NCBI RefSeq assembly: GCF_000012285.1
Contig: NC_007181.1
Coordinates: 660,001 to 692,000, forward strand
Source: Sulfolobus acidocaldarius DSM 639
GTDB taxonomy: Archaea > Thermoproteota > Thermoprotei_A > Sulfolobales > Sulfolobaceae
Length of the DNA: 32,000 bases
Direction of reading: 5' to 3'
Positions 1-9,604 of the stretch are shown here, one piece after another. Positions within the stretch are counted from its first letter, which is position 1. Every line of letters begins with the position of its first letter. The notes under the pieces were generated by a model. The model did not search any database, was not told where the DNA came from, and was given only the letters and a program-made list of their open reading frames with translations. Both the position numbers and the translations under genes were made by a program.

Positions 1-239
1 ATACGCAATGGAGATACGTTATTAGAGATTAACAACACTATATTTCCAGACGGGGCTATAGAGTAGTTTATATCTAGTGGTTTATAAGTGAAATTTTGAA
101 TTATCTTAATCTCGAACTCAGGTAATCCAGGATAAGATATCGTGTTTGAGTATAATGAAGTAGACCCAAATAGGATATCACATCTCAACGGCAATATGAT
201 TATGGTTAAGAGTATTAGCGGGAGGATTTTTTTGCTCAT
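1..239 (-). CDS. hypothetical secreted or membrane-anchored protein, N-terminal part only (gene runs off the left edge)
   Basis: Minus-strand ATG at 239-237. My hand translation MSKKILPLILLTIIILPLRCDILFGSTSLYSNTISYPGLPEFEIKIIQNFTYKPLDINYSIAPSGNIVLLISNNVSPLR stays open to position 1. A basic N-terminus followed by a hydrophobic stretch suggests a signal peptide or anchor. It is absent from the ORF track because it has no stop codon in the window. Confidence 0.45.
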   Translation of the reverse strand, partial: MSKKILPLILLTIIILPLRCDILFGSTSLYSNTISYPGLPEFEIKIIQNFTYKPLDINYSIAPSGNIVLLISNNVSPLR

Positions 240-300
240 TTATAGTTCAGTTTATTTTAACGTATATTTTATTAGCTTTGATAAATAGTGTATAGTTGAT

Positions 301-1065
301 ATGTCTAATCAAAATCAGCCTTACAATCCATACAACTGGAAAATGATTTTGCTATCACAAACTTCTATAGTTATAATATCTTTCGTACTATCTCTTTATT
401 CGCAGTATTTCTTGCCAGTGTATATTGCATATTTGATAATTTACTTCATAATAATGACTACTATAATGGCTAGAAGTAATCCTATGCTATCTGAGAGGAA
501 ATACCTTTCAGAGATAGTTAATGCACGAACTATACTTGAAGAGAAAAAGGCTGGTGAGTTAATACAAAATGATGAGGAGTATATTAAAAAGTTCCAAGCA
601 ATAACCAGTGCTAATCTAAAATCATTTGGAATAATGTTTGTTTACTTGATAGTCATACTAATATTCTATAATTTTGTGGTTCTCAGATATGTTAGTAGCG
701 TGACTCAGATACAAAAATTGATAGTATTCCTAGTCTATTCAGAAGCATTATTCCTATTTGGTATGTTTGTTAACAGAAGAATAATGAGGGTTCAAATGAT
801 GGAAGTAATGGCACCATTTACATACAAGATAACTGAAAAAGGGATAGTTTCAACTGATAGAAGTGCAGTATTTTTGCACTCTAGACATCTCGTAAACGCA
901 TCTATAGTAGAGAACAGGGATAAGAAGTACGTTGAAATATCTCCTACTACTCTAAAACTTCCATATAAATTAAGACTATATAGTAATGATATAGATAGGA
1001 TATTAGACGCAATAAACAGAGTAAAGAGATTAGAGTTAAAAAGACAGCAATCTTCTAGTTCTTGA
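301..1065 (+). CDS. hypothetical integral membrane protein (about 4 hydrophobic helices plus a C-terminal soluble domain)
   Basis: 254-aa ORF with long hydrophobic segments (ILLSQTSIVIISFVLSLY, PVYIAYLIIYFIIMTTIM, FGIMFVYLIVILIFYNFVVL, LIVFLVYSEALFLFGMFV). A TATA-like TTGATAAATA lies about 25 nt upstream. I recognise no family with confidence. Confidence 0.6.
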   Translation: MSNQNQPYNPYNWKMILLSQTSIVIISFVLSLYSQYFLPVYIAYLIIYFIIMTTIMARSNPMLSERKYLSEIVNARTILEEKKAGELIQNDEEYIKKFQAITSANLKSFGIMFVYLIVILIFYNFVVLRYVSSVTQIQKLIVFLVYSEALFLFGMFVNRRIMRVQMMEVMAPFTYKITEKGIVSTDRSAVFLHSRHLVNASIVENRDKKYVEISPTTLKLPYKLRLYSNDIDRILDAINRVKRLELKRQQSSSS

Positions 1066-2340
1066 AAAGTGAAAGTGTGAGTAAGATCCTAAACTATTCT
1101 CCACGTAAACTCCATCTTTTCCATTCCATATACCCTTTCCGTGTTTATTTTTGAAGGCAAAATTTACATCCCCAACACTTACAGCTTTTGACACGTGAAA
1201 TTCATGTCCTCTTATACTTTCTCCTTTGCTGGAAAGTAAGTTATCCTTTTCCGTCTCAAGTTCGGTATAGCCAATAGTGAGTTTATCCTTTGCCTTTATC
1301 TGTATATCGTATAGTCCTATCATTCTGTAACTTTTTTCATTTATTATTTCGTTCGACAAAAACATGAATCCACCACATTCCGCTAAAAGCTTTACTCCTT
1401 TCTCCACGTTTCTCTTTATCCAATCTTTAGTTTTAGTAGAATTTTCGAGTTCCTCTAAATGTAACTCTGGATATCCACCACCTATGTAAATAAAGGATGG
1501 TTGGTCAGCTGGGGCATCATTATTAAGTGGGCTAAAGAATTCCACGTCATACCTCTTTTTTAAAATATCTATATTCTCGTCGTAATAAAACGAAAACGCT
1601 GAATCATATGCCACATAAGCCTTACCTACTACATTTCGTTCCTCAATTTCATTTGACTCCTGTAGTTCATTTGCTTCCTCTGCAATTTCCACTATTTTGT
1701 CAACATCTACATTCATTTCAATCAAGTTAGCTGTTGCATTAATGACATCCTTTGCGTTCTTAAAATCCTCAGTTGTATAAAGACCTAGATGTCTACTGGG
1801 TACAGAAAGACTCTTATCTATAGGGAGATACCCAAGTACTTCAACGTTTTCAGGTATCGATTTTTTGCAGTAATCTAGATGTTTCTCAGACGCAATGTAG
1901 TTGAATATTACACCTCTCACGTTAGCGTTTCTGTATTCTCTCAATCCTTTAACTATAGCACCAACTGTAGAAGATAGATTGCTACAGTTGATCACAAGGA
2001 TCAGAGGTGTATGAGTCAATTCAGACAATTTATATGTACTATAATCTTCGTATAATCCGTCATAAAGACCCATCACTCCTTCTATGATTCCCAAGTCAAA
2101 GTGCTTACCATATTTTGCAAGACTCGAATATACCCCTGATTCTCCCATTAACCATAAATCAAGGTTTATCACTGGATGTCCACTAGCTATTTTATGATAC
2201 ATAGGGTCGATAAAATCTGGACCTACTTTATATCCTCTTACCTTATATCTCTTCGATAGTACTTTGATTAGCCCGGCTGTAACTAACGTTTTACCTGAGT
2301 TACTTCTATCAGAGGAAATAATAATACGGGGAAACCTCAT
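1036..2340 (-). CDS. cbiA: cobyrinate a,c-diamide synthase (CbiA/CobB family amidotransferase)
   Basis: N-terminal P-loop-like SSDRSNSGKTLVTAGL, then GPDFIDPMYH. The C-terminal glutamine-amidotransferase domain carries the nucleophile motif LLAECGGFMFL. Length is 434 aa. Confidence 0.85.
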   Translation of the reverse strand: MRFPRIIISSDRSNSGKTLVTAGLIKVLSKRYKVRGYKVGPDFIDPMYHKIASGHPVINLDLWLMGESGVYSSLAKYGKHFDLGIIEGVMGLYDGLYEDYSTYKLSELTHTPLILVINCSNLSSTVGAIVKGLREYRNANVRGVIFNYIASEKHLDYCKKSIPENVEVLGYLPIDKSLSVPSRHLGLYTTEDFKNAKDVINATANLIEMNVDVDKIVEIAEEANELQESNEIEERNVVGKAYVAYDSAFSFYYDENIDILKKRYDVEFFSPLNNDAPADQPSFIYIGGGYPELHLEELENSTKTKDWIKRNVEKGVKLLAECGGFMFLSNEIINEKSYRMIGLYDIQIKAKDKLTIGYTELETEKDNLLSSKGESIRGHEFHVSKAVSVGDVNFAFKNKHGKGIWNGKDGVYVENSLGSYSHFHFSRTRRLLSF

Positions 2341-2377
2341 GATAAAAAATAAAGTTATGTCAGATAAATTGTTAATT

Positions 2378-3121
2378 ATGCGTATAGTTTATGATGACGT
2401 AAGAGACTTGAAAAACATAGTAGAGACTTTGACTAAGTTTATAGATGAGGGTTTGTTTGAAATAGGTCAGGACGGCATAAGACTAGTGGCTGTAGACAAA
2501 GCGCATGTATCCTTAATTAATATCGAATTGTATAAGGAGCTATTTAAGGAGTATGAAGTAGAAGATGAGTTTAAATTTGGTTTTAACAGTCAGTATCTAG
2601 CTAAAATTTTAAGTATCGCCAAAAGAAAAGAGGAAATTTCAATAGAGTCCGATTCTCCTGAAAGGGTTAAAATAACATTAGGCGGTGCCTTAAATAGGGT
2701 GTTTATAATAAATAATATTCAGGTATCCCCGCCTGAGGTTCCTGAAGTTAATTTGGAATTTGAAGTTAAAGCCTCATTGTCATCAAAAGCGTTTAAGACT
2801 ACAATTAACGAGATATCTGCAGTAACAGATACAGTGGATATTATTGCAGTGGAGGATAAAGTTATTTTGAAAGGGGAGGGAAAGGAGGGTAGTCAAATAG
2901 AAAATGAATTTAGCAAGGATACTGGAGCTATTTCTGATATGGAGTTTAAGAACGAGGCTAAATCTCCATATGATGTAAATTACCTCAGTGATATTTTATC
3001 TTTGACAAATCTTTCAGATTATACTAGGTTAGCATTCTCTACCGAGAAGCCTTTAGAATTGGAATTTAATATGGAAGGAGGAGGGAAAGTTACTTATTTA
3101 CTTGCACCCAAACTATCTTGA
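2378..3121 (+). CDS. pcn: DNA polymerase sliding clamp PCNA (PCNA3-like paralogue of Sulfolobales)
   Basis: MRIVYDDVRDLKNIVETLTKFIDEG...EFKFGFNSQYLAKIL...[14 protein letters not shown] closely follows the Sulfolobus PCNA3 sequence as I remember it. I chose the ATG at 2378 (247 aa), not the ORF-track start at 2264, which would run through the cbiA start. Confidence 0.9.
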   Translation: MRIVYDDVRDLKNIVETLTKFIDEGLFEIGQDGIRLVAVDKAHVSLINIELYKELFKEYEVEDEFKFGFNSQYLAKILSIAKRKEEISIESDSPERVKITLGGALNRVFIINNIQVSPPEVPEVNLEFEVKASLSSKAFKTTINEISAVTDTVDIIAVEDKVILKGEGKEGSQIENEFSKDTGAISDMEFKNEAKSPYDVNYLSDILSLTNLSDYTRLAFSTEKPLELEFNMEGGGKVTYLLAPKLS

Positions 3122-4095
3122 TGAAATTTTATACAGCATTAGTAGGAAGCTACCCTAAACCTGTAAAGATAGCTAAGGTAATATCTAGGCTCAAAAGTGG
3201 CAAGATAGAGAAAAGTAAGGCATATGAGGAGCTAATGAAGTTTGAAAAAAGAATTTTAGAAGAGGTAAAGGAATACGAGCTAGATTATACTACAGACGGT
3301 ATGGTAGGATGGGATGATATTGCTGATCTCACAACATCTTTTCTAGAGGGTGTAGAAAAAGGCGCTTTAGAGAGGTTTTTCGATAATAATTTCTACTATA
3401 GAAAGATTGTGATAAATCAAAAGTTAGGTTATAAATCTCAAAATGACTATGTACAGTATTTTAAGCAAGTAAAAGAAATTTCTAAGGATCTAAAGTCAAA
3501 AATTAAAATAGTAATATTAGGTCCATTAACTTTCCTACAGCTGGCTGAAAACAATTATTATGACGATGTCGGAAACATAATTGACGATTACGCTAAAAGC
3601 ACTAATAGCTTATTGAGAGACTTAATTGACTATTACGATGTTGTAGAGGTTCATGAACCTTCATTGTTTCAGAAAGGGATTAAAGGAGCATTACTTCAAA
3701 GTTCTCAACAAGTATATGAAAAACTGTTTAATGGAATTAATAAGGAGAAACACGTTTTAACATATTTTGATATTAGGTTTGATAGAATTCAGTATTTACT
3801 AAACTTGCCCGCTGATTATTTTGGATTTGATGTAACAGAACAGAACAAGACTAAACTTGGAAGATTATACGGTTATATGAAAGATATGAATGTCTATCTA
3901 GGAGTAATAGACTCAAGAAATACTAAAATGGATAAAATATCTACCATTAGAAGGATAATTGAAAAAGTTCATGAGAAAGGTGCTAAAAGTTTGATTATTG
4001 GTAATTCGAGTTTCAATGATTTCATACCTGAGATTGTGGTGAGGAGAAAGCTTAAATTACTTCAAAAAACTAAGAGGTTGGTCGCAAATGTCTGA
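3118..4095 (+). CDS. MetE-like protein, non-catalytic half (resembles a cobalamin-independent methionine synthase barrel but lacks the Zn ligands)
   Basis: The N-terminus LVGSYPKP parallels VIGSYPRP of the downstream MetE. Where MetE has HVCYG and NPDCGL, this protein has HVLTYFD and IIGNSSFND, with no Cys. It overlaps metE by 8 nt. Confidence 0.65.
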   Translation: MMKFYTALVGSYPKPVKIAKVISRLKSGKIEKSKAYEELMKFEKRILEEVKEYELDYTTDGMVGWDDIADLTTSFLEGVEKGALERFFDNNFYYRKIVINQKLGYKSQNDYVQYFKQVKEISKDLKSKIKIVILGPLTFLQLAENNYYDDVGNIIDDYAKSTNSLLRDLIDYYDVVEVHEPSLFQKGIKGALLQSSQQVYEKLFNGINKEKHVLTYFDIRFDRIQYLLNLPADYFGFDVTEQNKTKLGRLYGYMKDMNVYLGVIDSRNTKMDKISTIRRIIEKVHEKGAKSLIIGNSSFNDFIPEIVVRRKLKLLQKTKRLVANV

Positions 4096-5107
4096 TGAAA
4101 TCACTATTTTACCTACCACAGTTATTGGAAGTTATCCTAGACCAAAGTGGCTAAGGGAAACTATCAGACTACACAGAGCTGGAAAAGTTAACCAGGAGGA
4201 TCTTGAGGAAGCATTTAATGATGCAGTTGTAACAGTAGTTAGGGATCATCAAGAGGCAGGGATTGATGTTCCAACTGATGGTGAAATGAGAAGAGACGAA
4301 ATGGTGGAGTTTTTTGCAGAGAGACTGTCAGGATTTAAATTTTATGGTCACGTTAGAGTTTGGGGAGATCATTATTATAGGAAACCTTCAGTTACTGGAA
4401 AAATAAAGTACAACAATCCTATGCTTTTAGATGAAGTAAACTTTGCTAAAAGCGTATCTTATACCCAGAATCTTAAAGTAACAATTACTGGACCATATAC
4501 CATTTCAGAATGGTCTTATAACGAGTATTATAAAACTCAGAGGGACATGGCTTTCGACCTCGCTAAGGTTATAAATCAAGAAATAAAGAACTTAGTTGAT
4601 ATAGGAATAAAGGTTATTCAAGTCGATGAGCCTGCTATACATACGAGAAAAGAAGATGTTGAATGGGCTATTGATTCAATAAATGAGTCTATTAAAGGTG
4701 TAAATGTTAAAGTAGTCTTACATGTATGCTATGGTGAGTATTCGTATTTAGAACCCCACTTGGACAAATTGAAGGTTGATCAAATTAATCTTGCCCTAAA
4801 GAACTATAATTATACACCTGTGAAATTATTTAAGAAATGGGATAGGGAGATCGGAGTAGGAGTAATAGATGTCCACAACAGGAAAATCGAAAGTGTGGAA
4901 GAAGTAGCTGAAGATCTGAGAAAATTACTCGAGTATTTTAAACCTGAAATGGTATGGGTAAATCCTGATTGTGGTTTAAAGTTACTTCCAAGAAAAATAG
5001 CTCTCCAGAAACTTATTAATATGGTAAAAGGTACGCTGATTGTAAGAGAAGAACTTAAAAAGAAAGGTTACACAAATACTACACTCAAGCCATTAATTAA
5101 TAGGTGA
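4088..5107 (+). CDS. metE: cobalamin-independent methionine synthase, short archaeal form (MetE catalytic barrel)
   Basis: [20 protein letters not shown], and the Zn-ligand motifs LHVCYGEY and WVNPDCGLK. Length is 339 aa. Confidence 0.85.
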   Translation: MSDEITILPTTVIGSYPRPKWLRETIRLHRAGKVNQEDLEEAFNDAVVTVVRDHQEAGIDVPTDGEMRRDEMVEFFAERLSGFKFYGHVRVWGDHYYRKPSVTGKIKYNNPMLLDEVNFAKSVSYTQNLKVTITGPYTISEWSYNEYYKTQRDMAFDLAKVINQEIKNLVDIGIKVIQVDEPAIHTRKEDVEWAIDSINESIKGVNVKVVLHVCYGEYSYLEPHLDKLKVDQINLALKNYNYTPVKLFKKWDREIGVGVIDVHNRKIESVEEVAEDLRKLLEYFKPEMVWVNPDCGLKLLPRKIALQKLINMVKGTLIVREELKKKGYTNTTLKPLINR

Positions 5108-5112
5108 GCTGA

Positions 5113-5574
5113 TTGAATAAGAAGAGGGCAAAGGGAAACTCACACTCAATAAGACCTGTTAGGAGCGGACCTCCTAAGTGGGTGAGGTTCACAAGAGAGG
5201 AGGTAGAGCTATTAGTAGAGGAGTTAGCAAAGAGAGGTTATCCACCTAGCATGATAGGAATGGTGTTGAGAGATCAGTATGGCGTACCTTTGGTAAAACA
5301 AATAACAGGGAGGAAGCTTACGGCAATTCTTCAGGATAGGAATATGAAGCCGAAGATACCTGAAGATCTATTTAATCTTATGAGAAGGGCAGTAAACATT
5401 AGACGTCACTTATTTGAATACCCTAAGGATAAAAGTGCTAAACGTGGATTGGAGGAAGTCGAATCCAAGATAAGAAGATTAGCAAGTTATTACAAAGAAA
5501 CAGGCAAGTTACCACAAGAGTGGAGTTACGATCCAGCCAAAGCCGAACTATTGGTAACTGGTTCCCTCTACTGA
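5113..5574 (+). CDS. rps15: 30S ribosomal protein uS15 (S13e type)
   Basis: [38 protein letters not shown]...NIRRHL...KDKSAKRGL is diagnostic. TTG start, preceded by GGTGAG. Confidence 0.95.
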   Translation: MNKKRAKGNSHSIRPVRSGPPKWVRFTREEVELLVEELAKRGYPPSMIGMVLRDQYGVPLVKQITGRKLTAILQDRNMKPKIPEDLFNLMRRAVNIRRHLFEYPKDKSAKRGLEEVESKIRRLASYYKETGKLPQEWSYDPAKAELLVTGSLY

Positions 5575-5919
5575 TAAAGCCTTTTCTGCTTTTTCCTTAA
5601 GTATATCTACTATTCTTTTATCGAATCCTATTGGTTCTGCTATAATGATCTTAGCTTTATTAGAAGTCTCCTTTAGTTGATTTGGTATATCCCTTTTGAA
5701 ATGCATACCAGCAGCAAACAGTAATGGAACTACAACAATTGTATCAGCACCTCTCTCTACTAACTTTTTAGCAGCTTCATCAATTTTAGGCTCATTAATT
5801 TCTATGAATCCATACTCTACCAGTGGGAAATGTCGTTTTAGTTCCTCTGCATAATTAATTACAATTTCTTGCCACTCTTTTATCTTGCTTCCATGAAGCA
5901 CTAATAATAATCCTATCAT
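5548..5919 (-). CDS. cbiX: sirohydrochlorin cobaltochelatase, small form (CbiX-S)
   Basis: 123 aa. LLLVLHGS...[23 protein letters not shown] is the typical single-domain CbiX motif set. Confidence 0.8.
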   Translation of the reverse strand: MIGLLLVLHGSKIKEWQEIVINYAEELKRHFPLVEYGFIEINEPKIDEAAKKLVERGADTIVVVPLLFAAGMHFKRDIPNQLKETSNKAKIIIAEPIGFDKRIVDILKEKAEKALSVEGTSYQ

Positions 5920-5937
5920 AGATAAACTTTCGACTTC

Positions 5938-5949
5938 GATTTTAAATAC
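5938..5949 (-). promoter_or_regulatory. TATA-like box for cbiX
   Basis: The minus strand reads GTATTTAAAATC, centred about 25 nt upstream of the cbiX ATG (5919). Confidence 0.3.
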
Positions 5950-5952
5950 TTG

Positions 5953-5964
5953 TTTTTTAATTTA
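5953..5964 (+). promoter_or_regulatory. TATA-like box for rps6e
   Basis: TTTTTTAATTTA, centred about 25 nt upstream of the TTG start at 5983. Confidence 0.3.
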
Positions 5965-5982
5965 CCTTAATAGTGGTAAATA

Positions 5983-6624
5983 TTGCCTGACTTTAAGATT
6001 GTGGTATCTGATCCCAAAACGAAAGAGGATAAGAAGGAAAAACTAAAAGTGAAAGTTTCCGATAAGGTTAAATCAAATCAGGGTGAGAAAGAAGGAAAAG
6101 CCATACCTTTGGCGAGAATTAATGATAAAATCAAACAGGCTTTAAACTTAGATGATTTTCTGACGCTGGAAATAACTAAGCAAGAAGGAGATAAAAAAGT
6201 AAAGATTAAAGGTCATTTTAAGATAGAAGTAGATAACACAGTGCCTGACGGAGAAGTGTGGATATCAAAATCTATGGCAGAAAAATTTGGTGCTGAAGAG
6301 TTTGAGGCTTTGGCATATAGGACTAGAGCCTTTCAATTATCTTTAGATCAGTCTAAATTACCTAATTTGGTTGGAACCAAAATCGGTGATGTTATAGATA
6401 TTAATGTATCAGGTGTTAATCTTAAATTAAAGATAACCGGAGGTTCCGATAACTCAGGCTTCTCTATGAGATTTGACGTAGGAGGCGGAGCCAAGAGAAA
6501 AATACTAGTTAGTGGTCCACCAGGCTATTATCCCAAAGAAGATGGATTAAGGAGAAAGAGAACTGTCAGGGGAAATATGATAACTCCTGAAATAGTTCAA
6601 ATTAATACTATAATGATTAGGTGA
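5983..6624 (+). CDS. rps6e: 30S ribosomal protein S6e carrying a large internal insertion
   Basis: The canonical ends are [10 protein letters not shown] and [33 protein letters not shown]...[20 protein letters not shown]. About 100 extra residues lie between them (see findings). TTG start. Confidence 0.9.
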   Translation: MPDFKIVVSDPKTKEDKKEKLKVKVSDKVKSNQGEKEGKAIPLARINDKIKQALNLDDFLTLEITKQEGDKKVKIKGHFKIEVDNTVPDGEVWISKSMAEKFGAEEFEALAYRTRAFQLSLDQSKLPNLVGTKIGDVIDINVSGVNLKLKITGGSDNSGFSMRFDVGGGAKRKILVSGPPGYYPKEDGLRRKRTVRGNMITPEIVQINTIMIR

Positions 6625-7883
6625 TGATCCGTTTGGCATGGCCAAGAGTACAACCTGAAGCCAATATAGGTGTTGTGGGTCATGTAGACCATGGTAAAAC
6701 TACTTTAGTTCAGGCTCTAACTGGAATTTGGACTTCGAAACATTCTGAAGAGTTAAAAAGAGGTATGACAATCAAACTGGGATATGCTGAAGCTAACATA
6801 GGTTTATGTGAGTCTTGTAAATTACCAGATGGTTATGTAACTGAACCATCATGTTCACAATGCAATTCTAGTGAAGAACCAAAATTTTTAAGAAAGGTCT
6901 CATTTATAGACGCACCAGGTCATGAGATATTAATGGCTACTATGCTTTCTGGAGCTGCATTGATGGATGGTGCAATTTTAGTTGTGGCTGCAAATGAACC
7001 ATTTCCTCAACCACAAACTAGGGAACACTTTGTCGCTCTTGGTATAGTTGATGTTAAGAGATTGGTAATAGTTCAAAATAAGGTAGATGTAGTAAGTAGA
7101 GAAGAAGCTATAAAGCAGTATAAACAGATTAGGGAATTTCTGAAGGGTACGTGGGCTGAAAATGCGCCTATAATTCCCGCAAGTTCACTACATAAGATTA
7201 ACATAGATGCTGTTATTGGTGCATTGCAAGATCATATACCTACACCTGAGAGAGATTTGAGTAAAGATCCGATAATGCTGATAATAAGAAGCTTTGATGT
7301 AAACAAGCCAGGAACCAGTTATGATAAGTTGAGCGGCGGTGTTATAGGTGGCAGTATAATCCAAGGTAAATTCAAGGTAGGAGACGAAATAAAGATATTG
7401 CCAGGTATAAGGATTGAGAAACCTGATGGAAAGGCTGAATATATTCCACTCTATACTACAATATCATCTATAAGATTTATGGACTTAGAGGTTGAAGAAG
7501 CTAAACCTGGTGGATTAGTAGCAATAGGAACAAAACTTGATCCATCATATGTCAAGGCTGACAATTTGATAGGTAGTGTTGCAGTGAAGGCTGATAGGGA
7601 TATACCAGTAGTAACCGAAGTGACCATAGAGAATTTTCAATTATTAGAGAGAGTTGTAGGAACAAAGGAATTAGTTAAGGTTGATTCCATAAGACCTAAG
7701 GAATCCCTTATGATAAGCTTTGGTTCAGCTACCACTATAGGTGTTACAAAATCTGTAAAGGGAGGTAGAGTCGAGGTAGAACTTAAAAGACCTATAGTAT
7801 TATGGGACAAGAATTTGAGAATAGTAGTTAGTAGACAAATAGGCGGAAGATGGAGATTAATAGGATGGGGAATAATAAGCTAA
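6621..7883 (+). CDS. eif2g: translation initiation factor aIF2 gamma subunit
   Basis: [28 protein letters not shown], a Zn-knuckle CESC..C..C, and the C-terminus GRWRLIGWG. The real start may be the TTG at 6633, giving MAWPRVQPE as in Sulfolobus homologues. Confidence 0.95.
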   Translation: MMIRLAWPRVQPEANIGVVGHVDHGKTTLVQALTGIWTSKHSEELKRGMTIKLGYAEANIGLCESCKLPDGYVTEPSCSQCNSSEEPKFLRKVSFIDAPGHEILMATMLSGAALMDGAILVVAANEPFPQPQTREHFVALGIVDVKRLVIVQNKVDVVSREEAIKQYKQIREFLKGTWAENAPIIPASSLHKINIDAVIGALQDHIPTPERDLSKDPIMLIIRSFDVNKPGTSYDKLSGGVIGGSIIQGKFKVGDEIKILPGIRIEKPDGKAEYIPLYTTISSIRFMDLEVEEAKPGGLVAIGTKLDPSYVKADNLIGSVAVKADRDIPVVTEVTIENFQLLERVVGTKELVKVDSIRPKESLMISFGSATTIGVTKSVKGGRVEVELKRPIVLWDKNLRIVVSRQIGGRWRLIGWGIIS

Positions 7884-8281
7884 AGATCTTAGTAGATACG
7901 AATATTCTTATGAACGTATATGACGGTATTGATCCTTTTGAATTGGTAATTTCTTATCTTGAATATAAGCCTGAATTTTATGTCTCAAAGGCTACTATAA
8001 TGGAGCTTGATAAGTTTTTGAATGAGGAGAAAAGTGTCATAAAACAGAAGAGAGCCAGAGTCGCAATGTTATATTTAGAGACCAATAAGAGTTCATGGAC
8101 ACTAATAGATGAAGCTGATAATATCCTAGTGGACAATTTATTATTAGAGCTATGTAAGCAGTATAACTTTATAATTTTCACTTCCGACAGGATATTGAAG
8201 AACAGAGCACTAAAAGAAGGAATAAAGGTTATATACCTCGTACCAAAAGGTAAAAATATAAGTCTTAATTTTATTATCTAG
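7850..8281 (+). CDS. PIN-domain protein of the conserved aIF2gamma-PIN-Rpo7-Spt4 cluster
   Basis: ILVDTNILM (first acidic residue) and [13 protein letters not shown] (PIN TSD motif). An alternative start is the ATG at 7865 (MGNNK). Confidence 0.7.
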   Translation: MEINRMGNNKLKILVDTNILMNVYDGIDPFELVISYLEYKPEFYVSKATIMELDKFLNEEKSVIKQKRARVAMLYLETNKSSWTLIDEADNILVDNLLLELCKQYNFIIFTSDRILKNRALKEGIKVIYLVPKGKNISLNFII

Positions 8282-8282
8282 T

Positions 8283-8837
8283 TTGATGTTTAAGCTAGTT
8301 AGAGCTAAAGGTATTGTTAGAATTCCCCCTGAGTATTTTGGTCAGTCTGTTGATGAAATCGCTATAAAAATTTTAAGGCAAGAATATCAGGAGAAACTCA
8401 TTAAGGATATTGGTGTCGTATTAGGTATTGTAAACGCTAAGGCTAGCGAAGAAGGTTTCATTATATTTGGTGACGGTGCGACATATCACGAAGTGGAATT
8501 TGATATGTTGGTTTATACACCTATAATACATGAAGTTATTGAAGGAGAAGTAAGCCAAGTCGACAATTACGGTGTTTATGTTAATATGGGTCCCGTTGAT
8601 GGTTTAGTTCATATATCTCAAATAACTGACGACAATTTGAAGTTTGACTCTAATAGAGGAATATTGATAGGTGAAAAGAGTAAGAAGAGCATACAAAAAG
8701 GTGATAGAGTTAGGGCTATGATAATTAGTGCATCTATGAGCAGTGGGAGACTTCCTAGAATAGCATTAACTATGAAGCAACCCTATCTAGGTAAAATAGA
8801 ATGGATAAATCAAGAAATAGCAAAGGCGAGTAAGTAA
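8283..8837 (+). CDS. rpoE: DNA-directed RNA polymerase subunit E' (Rpo7)
   Basis: [19 protein letters not shown]... plus an S1 domain ([27 protein letters not shown]). An ATG at 8286 immediately follows the TTG. Confidence 0.9.
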
Positions 8838-9043
8838 TGTCAGAGAAGAAGGGTACCAGTTTTAAGGCATGTAAGAACTGTAGAGCATTAGTACCTCCAG
8901 AAACAAGTATATGTCCACTTTGTCATTCATCTTCCTTTAGCGACGAATGGAATGGCATGGTAATAATACTAAATGAGAAATCAGAAGTTGGACAGATGTT
9001 TGGGGCTACAACTCCTTGGAGATACGCAATAATAGTGAAATAG
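8837..9043 (+). CDS. spt4: transcription elongation factor Spt4 (RpoE'')
   Basis: 68 aa. Zn ribbon CKNC...CPLC followed by W.G.VII motifs. It sits directly after rpo7, as in other archaea. Confidence 0.85.
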   Translation: MSEKKGTSFKACKNCRALVPPETSICPLCHSSSFSDEWNGMVIILNEKSEVGQMFGATTPWRYAIIVK

Positions 9044-9552
9044 ATCTTTGCTTTATCTTGCCAAGAAGTTTAAGGGCAGAACTCAGTAAACCATATGGGG
9101 TTCTTTTTATCAACGAGAATAAATTAAAACAATTTCTTATAAATAAGTCCAATAGTAGGCTAATAACAGTAGGCGATGTCGTCACCCAAACTATACTTAA
9201 ATTCCATATTAAACCATTTTTGGCAATAGTAGACGGTAAAACGAAGAGAAAGTTAGTTAAGGAAAATTTTGGACAATTTGAATACATAAAAGTTAAAAAT
9301 GAACCTGGTCTTATACGGCTTTCAACTATAAGAGAGATAAAAGATATTTTAGTTCATAATGAAAATGATAAGATTTTGATGGTTGATGGAGAGGAAGATC
9401 TTTTGGTTATTCCCGTTGTAATATATGGTAATTTTGGTGACATAATAATATACGGTCAGCCTAATGCAGGCGTAGTCGTAACGCTGAATAATGATTTTCT
9501 TAAGAGAAGAGTTTTGGAAATTTTCAAAAAATTTCAGGTCACTTCATGCTAG
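9016..9552 (+). CDS. DUF359 protein, probable GTP-dependent dephospho-CoA kinase
   Basis: LRAELSKPYG...LITVGDVVT...AIVDGKTKR...GEEDLLVIPV matches the DUF359 signature. Its position after spt4 is conserved. Confidence 0.7.
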   Translation: MEIRNNSEIDLCFILPRSLRAELSKPYGVLFINENKLKQFLINKSNSRLITVGDVVTQTILKFHIKPFLAIVDGKTKRKLVKENFGQFEYIKVKNEPGLIRLSTIREIKDILVHNENDKILMVDGEEDLLVIPVVIYGNFGDIIIYGQPNAGVVVTLNNDFLKRRVLEIFKKFQVTSC

Positions 9553-9587
9553 ACTAAATCCGACCTGCGCGGGATCATCATAATTTC
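9528..9587 (-). ncRNA. candidate C/D-box sRNA
   Basis: The minus strand reads GAAATT-ATGATGA-TCCCGCGCAGGT-CGGA-(21 nt)-CTGA-AATTTT. It has a canonical C box (9581-9575) and D box (9537-9534), a 12-nt GC-rich guide ahead of a degenerate D' box, and a 6-bp terminal stem. It is the only GC-rich patch in an intergenic gap. Confidence 0.4.
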
Positions 9588-9604
9588 AGACCTTTCGAGC
9601 CTCT

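Noticed and set aside
2264-2377. 38-codon N-terminal extension of PCNA in the ORF track.
   Set aside because: It would run across the cbiA start and has no counterpart in PCNA. Homology begins at MRIVYDD (2378).
6613-6660. GTGATGA ... CTGA at the aIF2-gamma start as a C/D-box sRNA.
   Set aside because: Only 27 nt separate the boxes, there are no internal boxes and no stem, and the sequence is explained by the coding region and start codons.
7850-8281. Reading the PIN-domain gene as a VapC toxin of a toxin-antitoxin pair.
   Set aside because: There is no adjacent antitoxin gene. Its position between aIF2-gamma and rpo7 is a conserved archaeal housekeeping arrangement.
9556-9576. The GC-rich patch ccgacctgcgcgggatc as a tRNA fragment or intrinsic terminator.
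   Set aside because: It is too short for a tRNA, no acceptor or anticodon arms can be drawn, and there is no hairpin plus T-tract. It is better accommodated as the guide of the C/D-like element.
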